From assembly GCF_001447785.1 (NCBI RefSeq), contig NW_015159757.1:1-64000 (forward strand): 64,000 nucleotides of DNA, read 5' to 3'. The notes beneath the pieces were generated by a model. It made no database searches and was not told where the DNA came from. It saw only the letters and a program-made list of their open reading frames with translations. The position numbers and the translations under genes are program-made. Below are positions 1 to 13,038 of the stretch, in pieces. The DNA is from Gekko japonicus (taxonomy: Eukaryota). Position 1 is the stretch's first letter, and each line of letters opens with the position of its first letter.

Positions 1-2174
1 ATCTGTGTTCTGTTGTTTAAGAAATCTAGTGCAAAGAACATTGAATGCCCTACTGTCTGCTCTGCCAGTGGTCTGAAAGATTGCAGAGACCACTGGGGGC
101 AGCAATGCTGGGCCAAGGGATTCCAGTGCTCCTGGGGAGGGGAAAGTATAGCAGTGGGAGCAGGCAGGGTACTAGGGGAAGGGGGCGGAGAAATAGGAAA
201 GCTCAGCCCTCTTCCAGCATGTGTCCCATCCTGAGGGATGTTAGCAGTGGGACTAGAATGAAAAATCCCCCCTCTGACACTGGCATTGTGTAATGACAGA
301 TCTATAAATAAAAAAAACCATGGTCCTCCAGGACTTTCTGCAAGAGCAGAATGTAGACCTGGTGTGCATGACTGAGACCTGGGTGCGGGAAGGGGAGATA
401 GTAGCTCTCTCCCAACTGGCTCCTCCTGGGTTTTTGGTCATTCACCAATCACGGACTAGGAGGTGGGGTGGAGTAGCACTATTCATGTGGGAGGCTTACT
501 TCTTCAGGGCACTCCCGCCACCAAGGATCATAGGCATTGAGTGTGTTGGCCTGGCATGGGAGGCCGGGGAGAGTTTCGCAATTCGGCTGGTGTACTGACC
601 ACCTAATGCACTGGCCAATAGCTTGCCATGCCTGATGGAGGCCATAGCAGGCTGGGCATTGGAACACCCAAGACTGATAGTCCTGGGTGATTTCAATGTC
701 CATGCTGATGACGTAACCTCTACTCAGGCAGCGGACCTGGTGTCGTCCATGGTGACACTAGGACTCTCCCAATATGTAATGACCCCCCACTCACCGGGCT
801 GGGCACATGCTCGATTTGATCTTTGCGGCAGGGGTAATAGTGGACTGGGTCACTGCTTCGGCAGTTCCATGGTTGGACCGCCATGCCCTGAGGGCCTGCC
901 TGAATGTCCCACCCCAACCCTGTTTAGGCAGCGAGCAAATTTTAGCATGCCCGTGGAGCCAGATGGACCCAGCGCAGCTCCAGATGAACCTGCAGGATCT
1001 GATACCCCCTGGTGGCTCATTAGATGAGCTTGTAGGGGACTGGCATAGCCGACTCTCTGCAGCCATCAATGAGATCGCTCCCTGGCACCCTCTGCACCTC
1101 TTATATAGGCTTGCTCCCTGGTTTACTGAGGAGTAGCAGCTTATGAAGCGAGAGCTGAGACGGCTAGAGACAGTGGCATCGCGCTCGAGATGAAGCTACA
1201 AGAGCATCTTATAGTATGTTTATGAGATTCTATGAGATGGCAGTCAAAGTCACAAAGAGAGAGTACTATGCGGCCACAATTGCATCCGCGAGCTCATGCC
1301 CAGCCCAATTATTTAGAACAATTCAGTCTATAACTACACTGCCACAGGGCAGACCAAACACTAGGGAATTGGGTATAGGCTGCAAGCTATTTTGCAGATA
1401 AAGTCCTGTCACTCTTCCACAAACTCCCCACCACAGTTGAAACAGTGAGCAAGCAAGAGGCTCCATGCACATGTTTGATTCCGGTTTTGGATCATTTCAG
1501 CCCACTCAGCCTAGAGGAAGTTGACAAATTGCTTCTAGCTGTTCGCCCCACCACATGCTGCCTGGATCCATGCCCATTGTGGCTAATTAAAGCTGGTCAC
1601 AATGGGTTTCAAGGCACCTTGAGGGAGATTATCACAAAAGTCCCTCACTGAGGGACAGTTCCCTGGGGTGTTTAAGGAAGCAGCCGTCCACCCTCTCCTG
1701 AAAAAAACATCTTTGGATCCAGCGGAATTGGCCAACTATTGGCTGGTTTCCATTTTGCCCTATTTGGGCAAACTAATAGAGAGGGCGGTGGTGATTCAGC
1801 TACAGGGCGTTTTGGATGATGCTTCCATTTTAGACCCCTTCCAGTCCGGTTTTTGCCCTGGTCATGGGATGGAGACACCACTGGTCGCCCTCACAGACGA
1901 CCTCTGAAGGTGTCTGGATTGAGGAAGATCAGTGGGGCTGATGTTGTTGGACCCATTGACAGTGTTCAACATGGTTGACCATCAGTTACTGACCTATCAC
2001 CTCACCAACATAGGAATTCAGGGGCTTGCCCAGCAATGGCTCACTTCCTTTCTCCAAGATCAGGGACAAAGGGTGGTGCTAGGGGAACAGCAGTCCAGGA
2101 GGCACCCACTGGACTGTGGAGTTCCTCAAGGGGCAGTGCTTTCTCTTATGCTATTTAACATCTATATGTGCCCC

Positions 2175-2904
2175 TGTCACGATTGCCCTGGCAGGCGGGA
2201 TAGGCAAGGCACGGAGTATCCAAAACCACAGGCAGAGGTCAGGGCACCAGAGAGGCAGAGAAACAAAAGGACAGTCCAAAATATCAGGTCACTTGTACAG
2301 TCTAAGGTTTACGGGAGATTTTCAGTCAGAGGTGTAAAGCCGAAAGTCATTGTCCAGAGTCAGATTACACATTCCAGGGTCAGGGAGACAGAAGAATGAT
2401 GTCATGCAGTCTGGAGTCAATAGCTGAGGGAGTCAAGCAGAGAGTCAAGAAACAGGATGCAAGGTCCGAGGTGCAGCAATTCAATCATGTGATCAGTTGC
2501 CAGCATGAATTGGATAGTGAAGAGAGCTGCCTTAAAAGCCTGTTCCCCTTGTCACTACTTCCTGGCTGATTACAGAGTCCTGGCTCCAGTCAATACTCGG
2601 GACTCAGAGGACGCCTCCCACGCATGCATGCTTCCCTATGCCGGGTTGTCAAGTCCCATCTCCTTTGGTCTCGTAAACGAGCTACAGGTGGGGGGGATCA
2701 GGGGGCATGGAGCTTGTGCTTGGCTCTGCAGGAGTGGCTCCAGGTGTGAACCCTTCTGGTAGCCGGTGTTCATCCTCTGCAAGACTTAGATTTTGTACTT
2801 CCAGGGATGCAGGGAGCTCATTCTTGGATGTTGAAGGTGCAGAGTCCCCGGGATCAGGGTCCACTGGGTTGGGTGGCACAGTGGCCGGCACGGTGGGCAT
2901 GACA
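2175..2904 (-). mobile_element. Solo LTR (Gypsy-like) inserted in the L2 RT
   Basis: TGTCA...TGACA termini and exact 5-bp TSD GCCCC (2170-2174, 2905-2909); removal restores the L2 frame FNIYMCPLAQ. Strand is tentative. Confidence 0.85.
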
Positions 2905-3553
2905 GCCCCCTTGCCCAGATTGCCTGGAGACATGGACTGGGATGTCAACAGTACGCTGATGACACCCAGCTCTATCTGATGTTGGGCAGCCAGTTTCACT
3001 CCAGTCCGGAAGATCTGGACCAGGCATTGCAAGCTGTGGCTGGTTGGCTTAGGCTGAGCCAGCTGAAAATGAATCCGATGAAGACAGAGGTCCTGTGTGT
3101 GAGTTGGGGTGGTCCAGGGGTTGGGATCCCACTCCCGACCTTTGATGGGGTGCTGTTGCTGCTAGCACCAGAGACTAGGAGCTTGGGAGTGCTCTTGGAT
3201 GCCTCCTTAACAATGGAGACCCAGGTAGCAGCCACTGCCAAGTCGGCCTTTTACCATCTTTGGCTGATTAGGCAATTGGTTCCCTTCCTCGACCATGCCG
3301 ACCTGGCAACAGTGATCCATGCAATGGTCACCTCGAGAATAGACTACTGTAACACTCTCTACATGGGACTGCCCTTGTCACAAATTCGGAGGCTGCAGCT
3401 AGTGCAGAATGCTGAGGCCAGGCTGCTGATGGGCTTCCCCAAGTGGGAGCACATCCAGCTGGTGCTGAGGACACTGCACTGGCTGCCAATAGCATACCGT
3501 GTTTGCTTCAAGGTGCTGGTTCTTACCTTTAATGCTGTATATGGCCAGGGTCC

Positions 3554-3654
3554 TGCAAACTTCAGAGGACGGCGGAAGACAGGAGGGCCTGGCGTGATCT
3601 GGTCCATGGGGTTGTAAAGAGTCAGACTCAACTCTGCGACTGAACAACAACAAC
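3554..3654 (+). mobile_element. 5'-truncated RTE-BovB-type 3' end inserted in L2
   Basis: tggcgtgatctggtccatggggttgtaaagagtcagactc...ctgaacaacaacaac tail; 13-bp TSD atggccagggtcc (3541-3553, 3655-3667). Confidence 0.88.
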
Positions 3655-4237
3655 ATGGCCAGGGTCCAGCATACCTGAGGGACCACCTTTCCCCATATAT
3701 ACCTCAGAGAGCACTACAGTCGGGGTCTCAAAACTGATTGACCCTCTTGTGCCCTAAGGATGCCAGGCTTGCTACCACTAGGGCCAGGGCCTTTTCAGTG
3801 ACAGCTCCATACTGGTGGAATGAGCTCCCGGAGGAGATCAGGGCCCTGCAGGATGTTTTACAGTTCCACAGGGCCTGCAAGATGGAGTTCTTCCACCAGG
3901 CTTTCAATTAAGGAGCTGCCACTACTATAGACCCCTGGCCACTATAGAGTCCTGGCCCTTGGGCCTGACATCTAGCCTACGCCGCCTGTATATCAAAAGA
4001 TCATGAGCAGAAGGATTCCTAGATCTCAGGGCACATTGTTAAAGTAAACCATCGTAAATAATTAACCAACCATCACTAGCACTTTATGAACTTGATTGCA
4101 TATCTGTATTGTTTTAAATGATTTTATGTGGATTTTAATTGTGGTTTATGTTTCAACTTTGATTTGACTGATGTGAGCTGCCCTGAGCCTGCTTTGTGGA
4201 GGGGGGGGGGTACAAATCGAATTAAATTAATTAATGG

Positions 4238-5993
4238 CAGGGGTCATTTCCTTTTTTTTTTTTTGCAAATATATTTATTGGGATTTTATCATATAAGCCT
4301 GTATCATACAGATATATTCATTCCACAAGACTACCAACAAAAACTATACAAATTCATTTTTCATTTCCTGCAACACAGAATCGTCAATCAAACATCCAAT
4401 ATAACAATTAATATACAACTTGTCTTGTTCTTTTACCTATCTTTGAGATTAGTATACTGCCCAATTAACCTTCAAGGCCCTATTGGCAATATGTAGTGTA
4501 TATACCATTCTGTTTGACTTCTTCTTCTTATATGTTACCAGCTTTCTCCATCTTTTGGTAGTCTTTAAATTCTTATTTCCCATATGAAAACATGGTTCAG
4601 TATCATATTTACTTATTTTCCATTATTTTCTTTTTATATATTTAATTTTTTTAGTAACTCTTCATCGCCCATATATTACATACGTCTTACCTCTGAAACT
4701 TTATCATACTTTTAACTACTAGATTTACTCTCCTGATTCTTAAACATACCTTTTATTTATAGCTGCACCAACCACCTTCAACTCTTTTCTACTAGGTCTT
4801 CATCTTCCTTTATTTGCTGTTTCTCATCGAACATCCAAGCAGTAGACTATCTTGTCAAGATAAAACCTGAACTTCTCACTACTAAGCTTTCTTATACCAC
4901 TATACATCTATAAATAAATACATATTTAAATAAACATTATCCATTTAACAATGATCAGATACTTTACAGTTTACATCCTTGATTTACCAATTCATCGCCC
5001 CCAATAAATCCTTTTTATTCTTAAATCATTAATTCAGTAATTCCTATTATTACCCAATATTCCATTAGATCCTTGTCTAGATTAGATATTCCCTCCTTTT
5101 TTCCAATAAAGTCAAAACATATAATTACAGGACCATAAAAAAACAAAAAAAACCCAAAACAACAAGCCCATTATACAAAATTAAATGCATTCATATTCAT
5201 TCTCAATTTCATTAATCCCTCTAATCATCTGTAAAGCATTCATTCTTTCTTTCTGTATAAATTATTTTCCACCCAAAACACCAACCATTTAGTTTTCTAC
5301 CCAATTTACCAACTTTCTCCCCCCATATTTTATATTATTTATTAATTTATTAATGCTCTTCAAAAAGGTCCAATTGATGTCCCATTTCCCACTAAATCAA
5401 TTTCTGGCTTCATTATTCCCTCCTATTCTCCTATGGCGCTCACAGGTACCACTAAAACAAAAATAAAAAGAAAAAAAGAAACATAAAAGACAGTATGCAA
5501 ACAATAAATACATTCACGGTCAATTATTCCATCTAGTTATGTATAGGGTATAAACCACTTTTCTTTCTATATATTCTATTTTTTCTCTTAAACATTAACA
5601 GTCTATTTTTCTGCTCCAACATATCGACATGCCTTCGTTCTTTGTGCCTTCTTTGCTTCCCCAGCTTCTCCTTGCTTTTTTTCAACCATTCGACTTTCAG
5701 TCTTTTACTGTCCTCTTTAAATTTCCAAGCCCGTCTTTTCCACCTTTTAATCCTTCGCACCTTTAAGACCAAGTTTTATTCAGGTACAAGCTCTCCCTCC
5801 TCTGCGAGGACAGATCTGCGAGTCCCCCCCCCCAATAGCTAGCAATCCAAAACAGTCCCGTGGAGCTGATCGGTGGGTGTTGCCTTCTGACGCACTTCCG
5901 GTGATGTCAGGGGGTGTGGCATATGCAAATAAGTTATGCTAATACATTATGCTAATGAGCTCCTGCACCTCTTTTTCTACGAAATGACCCCTG
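4238..5993. mobile_element. Non-autonomous hAT element containing an L1-like segment
   Basis: TIR caggggtcatttc / gaaatgacccctg; 8-bp TSD attaatgg / attaattg; right part matches the MITE at 56315-56627. Confidence 0.75.
4251..5870 (-). mobile_element. AT-rich L1-like retroelement segment with poly(A) end
   Basis: Poly-T at 4252-4264 next to tttatt (AATAAA on the minus strand); A-rich minus strand; K/R-rich open stretch 5533-5772. Confidence 0.55.
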
Positions 5994-6929
5994 ATTAATT
6001 GACATTAGCATTGAAGAACCCAAACCAGTCCAACTCTTCAGAGATAATCAGAGATGTATACCAAACCATTTCCATGGGGAAAGGTTGGGATTCTAAAAAG
6101 AAAAATGAATCTTGTGGACTAGCACAATAGAACTTGAAAAGGGGTGTTGGAATATACAAGGTCTATAGTGCACCAACTTGAAGATCAAAAGAACAGCCTA
6201 TAGGGGACAGCTGAAGGACTGCAAGTTAGCATAGCTAGATTAGAGACTTCCCACAATTTCAAATTATGTCCTTCCTGTCTCCTGATTAGCTCTTTAGAGA
6301 CTTCAACTGACCCCCCCTTCGTTCGTGTCTCCCAAAGAAGCTAGTCAGTTAGTTAAGCCTCTCTCTCTCTCTCCTATGTTCTATCAGAGTTTATTTCCTC
6401 TTTAATAAACAGTTGGTGCTCCGTTCCTCTGCATGTTTAAACTCTGCCTAATTTTTTTTTAATAAAAAAATTAAAAAATCACAAGAACATTCTATGCTAA
6501 TCACTGGTCTATCAGAATCAGTCTTGTATAGCCCTGACCTTGATAGCCCAGGCAAGCCCAGGATAAGAGAAGAAAATGTACACTGCCCTGAGCTACCTGG
6601 AGCACGGGAAGAATAAAAAATACCCATAATAAAGAGAGTTTTCCCTCCCATAATGGTAGAACTTAGGGACACTCAAAGAAGTTAAAGCTGGAGGTGACAG
6701 CTTCCATATTAGCATGCTCGCAGGCACTAGGATTTAAAGAGGCAATATGCAGAACTACAAATTTAAACATTCTGTACAACATCAAATCATCTCAATATAC
6801 AAAATGAATACAAACAAATTACAAAAGACCATAGCCATAGCACTTCAGAGACGGCTCATTAACAGAAGGAAGTTTGCTGTGTGAAACCCCAGTCTCTGTA
6901 CTGCTTTACTCAATGATGGGACAACAACA

Positions 6930-7487
6930 AATAACATCCGGTTTAGAATGGTAAGGTAAAAATTTGAAGGCAGAAAAATGTCCAGAACTGAATGAATGGA
7001 AAAATAAATTAAATCCTTATGCAACAATGGCAAAATTAATAACTTATGTACCTAATAGACCCATTTCAAAATTCCAGGAAAAATTGAAATTATTTTTTAA
7101 TTACATAGCTGAGAATCAAGATTAAATTGTTAAATCGTTAGAAAATAATAAAAAGAGGCAGGCAATATGTATGTAAAAATAGAAGGTTAAATATGAAGTA
7201 ATTAGAAAAAAAAAGATGGGTAAAACCCAAACAGATTTTCAGAATTAATTGTATATAAAATAATTTTTATGCAAGTAAGTTCTGATCAATAATTCTGGGT
7301 AGCTTTTATTTGTATATGTAGTTTTTGTTTTTGTATCTATGTATGATTAGATATTGTAAATGATGCAGTAGTAGATCACAGATTATTGTTTATACATATG
7401 CTTATATAAATTGATTGTTTATGTTATATTATTTGCATGATTGTAGTTATTTTTGTGTGACAAAAATAAAAAAATAAAAAACAAAAC
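6930..7487 (+). mobile_element. Decayed L1-like 3' fragment
   Basis: A-rich body followed by a T-rich 3' UTR, then aataaa and an A-tail at ~7465-7487. Confidence 0.45.
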
Positions 7488-7727
7488 AATTCTAGAGATC
7501 AGGACTATTCAATGAGGCATACAGCAGCTAAATTGTTTAGAGGATTGGACTTGTCCTGGCAACCCTAGCGGCAAATGAGACACAGTAATGCACAGCATGC
7601 GCATTCACTGAAGAATTACTTCAGAGAAACAGTCTCACAGTATTAATAATTAGAGTTGAGAATTAAGCTCTTACATGAAGTCTGTCCCTTGAAACTCAAA
7701 TGAAAGTATAACTTTTCCACTGTGTCA

Positions 7728-7793
7728 TCATTATATATGTATGTATGTATAGAGAAACATTCCTCATTATATATGTATGTATGTATAGAGAAA
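7728..7793. repeat. 30-bp direct duplication with (TATG)n
   Basis: tcattatatatgtatgtatgtatagagaaa at 7728-7757 and 7764-7793. Confidence 0.9.
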
Positions 7794-10442
7794 AAGTCCT
7801 TCAGATCTTTAAAGTATTTTACTTTAGTGAAATTAACAATAAGTAATTTAAAATCAATTAAAAAGAAAGAGCAATAAAACCCATACTATAAGCTCACCCT
7901 CACCATTTACAACCCAGTGATTCTGGGGGCCCATCCTTGAATTCTACCCAGGATCCCAGAATAACTAAGACTGTCCCTCTGTGTAATACAAGCCACAGGC
8001 TAATCCACTTGCACCTCTGGCCCTGACCAGCCTTTAAATATGTGAAAGGAGAGGAAGAGAAACGTAGGCCAGATGGAACTCAGCTGCTTCTAGCATCCTG
8101 CCAGTGAGCCAGCAAGATCTTCTTTACTTCCCCATTCACCAGATGGTAGCCACCTTGTATACCTTCAGAATTTACATGTAACTTAGAATGACTATTTAAA
8201 CTGGGGAAAAACCTCAAAATAAACCATATAAAGCCAAGGAGGGGAATACCATGAACTACCCTGAGATCCTTGGAACAAAAATGCAATTGAAGGAAAATAA
8301 GAAAACCGTAACTCTCAACATAAAGGCAGTACTGCTGAAAACCACTTTGGACAAAGATTCCCCTTGGGTGCCAAGCACACTCACATGAACATATACAGCA
8401 TGTGTTATCATCCCACAGTGGCATCTTGCCCAGCTCCCCAGAGCAAATCAGCTTCCCAGATTTAGACTACTAGTTCCACCCTCGTGCTGGTCCTGCATGA
8501 AGGAATTATTCCATTTTTTAAAACAAATTAAATTGAAATATTTACTTTCCTTTATATACTGTTGAAACAGAAGGTCTGAAACCAACAGACTAAATCTCAT
8601 TATTTTATCTGCTGTAATCTCTTATCTTTTGTAATTTTTCATTTATTATTTTCTCATGCTGTGTTCTATCCCAAGGTATATTTTTTATTACCGGTAAATT
8701 AGTTTGTTCGCTATATTAAAAATAAACTTTGAAAGACAGAGTTCACTGTACAATACTAGCATTCAGTCATTAGTACTGGTTTGTTTACACTGCCATGGCT
8801 AGTGGAAATCAAGCATACATAGGTGTAGGTATGCAAAGTAAGAAGAACCGATTAGAAGAACTGGGGGAAATAACAGGGGGTACTATGTGTATCTTATTTT
8901 TAAAACTGCTACATGGAAGAACTAATATATGAAAATAAAGCAGTTATGGATTATATAGTTACAGCTGAATATATGGCATACTTTCTTATACCTACTCCCA
9001 AGGAACTGAAACCAGGAAGAGGAAATCCAAGGTACACAGAAACACCTGGGATCAGAAAGTGGGGGAAAACACACCTATTATTACTAAATAAATTGGACTG
9101 CACTTAAGAAAAGCTTGCATGCCTAGGATTTAGTGGTTGAAAAATCTTCTGAATTTTATGCATCATTCTTAATAGCTATCATTTTGCTTAGAGTATAAAG
9201 GACTTTACCAACAATAATTACTGAGATAGCTATCCCAGAAGCACATATAATCACTTTAACGAACTTCTGCTAGATCTGAGAAAATACTTCTTTATGACAA
9301 TTTTGCCGCAAGATATAAGCTTGTCTGATGGTCTCCAGTGAACTGCTTGGTCTAGTAACCACCATCATCTTCAAAAATCTGTCATAATGAGAAAAAAATT
9401 GAATTAGATTTGAGTGCCTGGAGCCATGATAATAGTCAAATCATATTTCTCTATTTTGAAGCCAAGCATCTATATTTCTGTTACATAAAGGCATTGGAAT
9501 TCAATGAAGGGACAGGTAATAAATGAGAGAATATTGTAAGGTAATAACTACAATTCTCTTTAAAGGTCATTGATAGCTGAGAAAGTATTATGTCTTGCTA
9601 ATATTCCTTGTCATGTTCTGACTCGGCTCTTTCCTTCTTGGAAATGTAACTTGGAACTCTTTTCATTTTCCCTTAAAAGATTAACATAGAAAGGAAGTAT
9701 TAAGTACTGGAGAATTACTTCTTAGCTAACTAAAGAACGGTACTGTTATTATAGTGACTGAAACATGCGTAGGATGCATAGGATGGGAAATAGAGTCTAT
9801 CTTCAGAATGCATGGGTGGGAGACTGGCAGTTTGAAGCAGGAGGAAGTCGTGGCAAAAAAGACCTGGAACAAACTGTTCACACTGCAATGACTGATGCGG
9901 GAGCATACCGGGAGGAGGCGCAAGGGAGCATTCACACTGTTGGCCCAGAGGCACGGCTTTCTTTTTTTGTAATCTGGGGATAAGCACTTATGCACATGAA
10001 CTCATAAGCGCATAAGAAAAATGCAGCTTTTGGCATTCACACTTTCTTGGTGTGGAATGGACGCGGGATAATCGCACTTTCCAGAGTTTGCTACCAGTTT
10101 CACCAGGTATCTTTTAAACTCGGGAGTGAAGCGTTACAGGACGGGTTGAGTACGGGTGGGGAATGCCTGACAGATGTGCCTGTGTATATTGGGGCAAACT
10201 GCCAGTCTGAACTCGGCCGTGTATATTTTCTTGGGTCTCTAGAGGAGAGGCTGTGTATAAATGGAAAGCAGAACAGACGCAGTGAGAAACCATGAACTTC
10301 CAAAGGCAAAGATTTAAGATTGTATGGGTACCATTAAGGCTTACAGTTTAAAAGTTTGGTCCAAATTATTGACAGAACAATCTTAGCTAACAATAAGAGT
10401 CTTGTAAGAACTTAATAGTTGTAGGATCCCCAACACTGAATT

Positions 10443-11203
10443 GTTTATTTATTAATTTATTTAATTTATTTATTAATTGAAATATCCTGCTTTCCCTCGT
10501 GACTCAAGATGGCTTACAAATAATAATCAAAACATAATTTAAGACAAACAAAATGCAGATAGCCTCCTCTCCCTAAGAGATTCCTGCAGTTTATACTCCA
10601 TTAAAAGCCTTAGCAGATAAAATGGCCTTGCAGCACCTCCTAAATATTTCAAATGAGTGCTACAATGGATAGGGCATGGTCTGTGGTTGATGTCATGTGG
10701 GCTACCTTCAATGGGGAAACAGCCAGTTGTCATACAGGGGTATATTGGAGGAAAGAGTCCTTTAGATATGTAAACACGAGGTTATAAAAGCATGGATCAA
10801 CATGGCCAGATCAGCTGAATCTAAGAAGGGTAGGAATTGATCAACCAGATGCAGATACTAGAAGGCACTCTTGACCACTAACCAACCTGCTTTTCAAACA
10901 GCAAGATTGGGTTCATAAGCACCCCCAAGCTCATAACATGTTATGCAAATGCCAATTTCACTCCATCTGCTACAAGTGGATCCATCAATATCAGCTTATC
11001 TGACCAGCATCATCTCTGTCCTGTCTGGATTCAGCTTCAGCTTGTTCTGCCTTAGCAATCTGCCCACAGCTTCAAAGCACTGTTTCAGAATCAGGATGGA
11101 TACATCTGGAGGTTTGCTTAAAGAAATATCGAGCTGTGTGATGCCTGCATATTGATGGCACCCAACCCTGAAGTGCCGGATGATCTCATTTAGCAGCTTC
11201 ATA
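10443..11203 (-). mobile_element. Decayed L2 3' fragment
   Basis: ORF 10996-11202 LLNEIIRHFRVGCHQYA...KLKLNPDRTE (RT YADD region); (tttat)n tail at ~10443. Confidence 0.75.
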
Positions 11204-11992
11204 TAGTCACCTGTTGATTCTCCTCCTCCAGTGCATGCTCTTTGTGTCCGATCAGACAGAAAATATTGAAACTACTGCTCCTTTAATGCCAACTCTGTAT
11301 TTCGATCAATTGATAAGAAAAGAGCAGTCAGCTGTGAATATGTGTGGTAACAATCCCCCTGCAGCCTAGAAATATATCCTTTAATATCAGTTAGGTAGGG
11401 GTGTGTGCTTACTGTGTAGTGAAGTAAAAGTACCATATTCATGTTCAGAGTATTTGCAATCTTTCTTCTCCCTCTCATGGAATTCCTATTCCTATGCATG
11501 AGTGGTAATTTAAATCTCACTCTTGTTTCTTCCCAATTTGCCCACCTGTCACTGCAGATGTGAAAGAGAAGAGGTGCTTGTGTCATGGTTATACATGGTT
11601 ATACAACCCTCCCCATTCATTTAGGATAATCTGTCATTTAGGGAGCACCATGTAGTAGTAAGGTATGAGATGTCCCACACACGGGCACCCCCAGAGTTGT
11701 TAGCCCCTAAAGATCCTTTGGCTAGACTAGCAGAAGCCTGGATAAGATATCCATCTTGATGTTAAATAAAGGAGACTTGAAACTGTCAGGAAAAAGAGTG
11801 TACCCGCTAGAATGCTCTATGGAGTACATTGATAAAAGGCCATTAATCTCAAGGTTTTAAAGAGCTCCCTCATACTCTGCCTATGAATAACTGACAAGCT
11901 TGCTGGACAATAGCTGAAGCCCCCCCCCCTCCCCAGCTTGATTAAAGCAAGTTCCTAGGCAGGAATTCCAGTCCTACCTAACCCATTGTCAG

Positions 11993-12295
11993 AAGACAGA
12001 AGAAGAGATTGGATTTATACCCCGCCCTTCACTACCCAAAGGAGTCTCAGAGTGGCTTACAATCTCCTTCCCGTTCCCCTTCCCACAACAGACACCCTGT
12101 GAGGTAGGTGGAGCTGAGAGAACTCTTCCGAGAACTTCCCTTGAGAGAACAGCTCTGAAAGAACTTATAACTGACCCAAGGTTACACCAGCAGCTGCATG
12201 TGAAGGAGTGGGGAATCAAACCCAGTTCTCCCAGGTTTGGTTCCACCACTCTTAACCATGACACCAAACTGGCTCTCTACACCAAACTGGCTCTC
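11993..12295 (-). mobile_element. tRNA-derived SINE (Squam3-like)
   Basis: Minus strand agagagccagtttggtgtcatggttaagag...gggtttgattcccc (A/B boxes), L2-like tail, (tct)n end; TSD ttgtcag (11986-11992, 12296-12302); 5' head duplicated. Confidence 0.85.
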
Positions 12296-13038
12296 TTGTC
12301 AGCCTGAGTACATCTCACTGACATCCCAACTTCGTGTTGTAACTCAAGCACTAATCCCATCATTCAAACTTCTTTCATGGGACAACTTTAGCAGTTGTTT
12401 TCAAACGCTCCGATAGGACTTCCTGTTTTACCCCTAAGTCCAATCCTGCCTTAGTGAAGCCACTGCCTCCCTGTTGTTATAATTATATGAAAATCACTAT
12501 CCTTATCTCTTCCTTTTGTAGCTGGTTTTAGGACACAAGCCTACTTCCCTAATCTTATGGTTGGTTCACTTTCTGCCCCCCCCCTGGCTGAAATCACTAA
12601 ACTTTCCCCTCCTTTAAACCTGGGAAATAGACCCTCAGACTATCCTTTTATCACCTAGGCCTGGCCTGGACTCTCAACTATCATTTTCTGTTTAGGATCA
12701 GGCTTGTATGTTTTCTTTCTCCCCTTTACTCTCCCCAAAACAACCATGGCTTGTCATACTGCTGGCTGGACCTTTATTCCCCGTGTCCCCCCCCCAGTGG
12801 ACAATAGGTCATAGGCAGATAGGCTTACGTAAAGGTTTTGCATCTGTTTATTGTTCCTAGACCATTCCAGGAAGGACCACCTACCTGACTACTAAGGTCA
12901 TCTTCTGAGGCCCCACTTAGTGAAGTTTCTCTGTCCACATAATGGTACGACAGAATGAGGAATGGTTTAAAGCAAAGTTAATACAAACAGCAACTAAAAA
13001 ATGTTGTACAACAGACTTTAAGACTTGTTCTAGTACTG

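Larger units (their letters stand above)
1..4236 (+). mobile_element. L2-clade LINE, near full-length ORF2 (APE endonuclease + RT), frameshifted, with 3' UTR/tail
   Basis: APE motifs (DLVCMTETW, LIVLGDFNVH, LDLIF) and RT motifs (LDPFQSGF, GVPQGAVLS, YADDTQLY at ~2952, SRIDYCN, LHWLPIAYR) in broken frames; 3' tail gctgccctgagcc...ggggtacaaat at ~4176-4236. Confidence 0.93.

Noticed and set aside
11651-12830. LTR-like segments here and near 6110-6480, 23500-23870, 38500-38935 and 62070-62440
   Set aside because: LTR-like composition, but no convincing termini with TSD.
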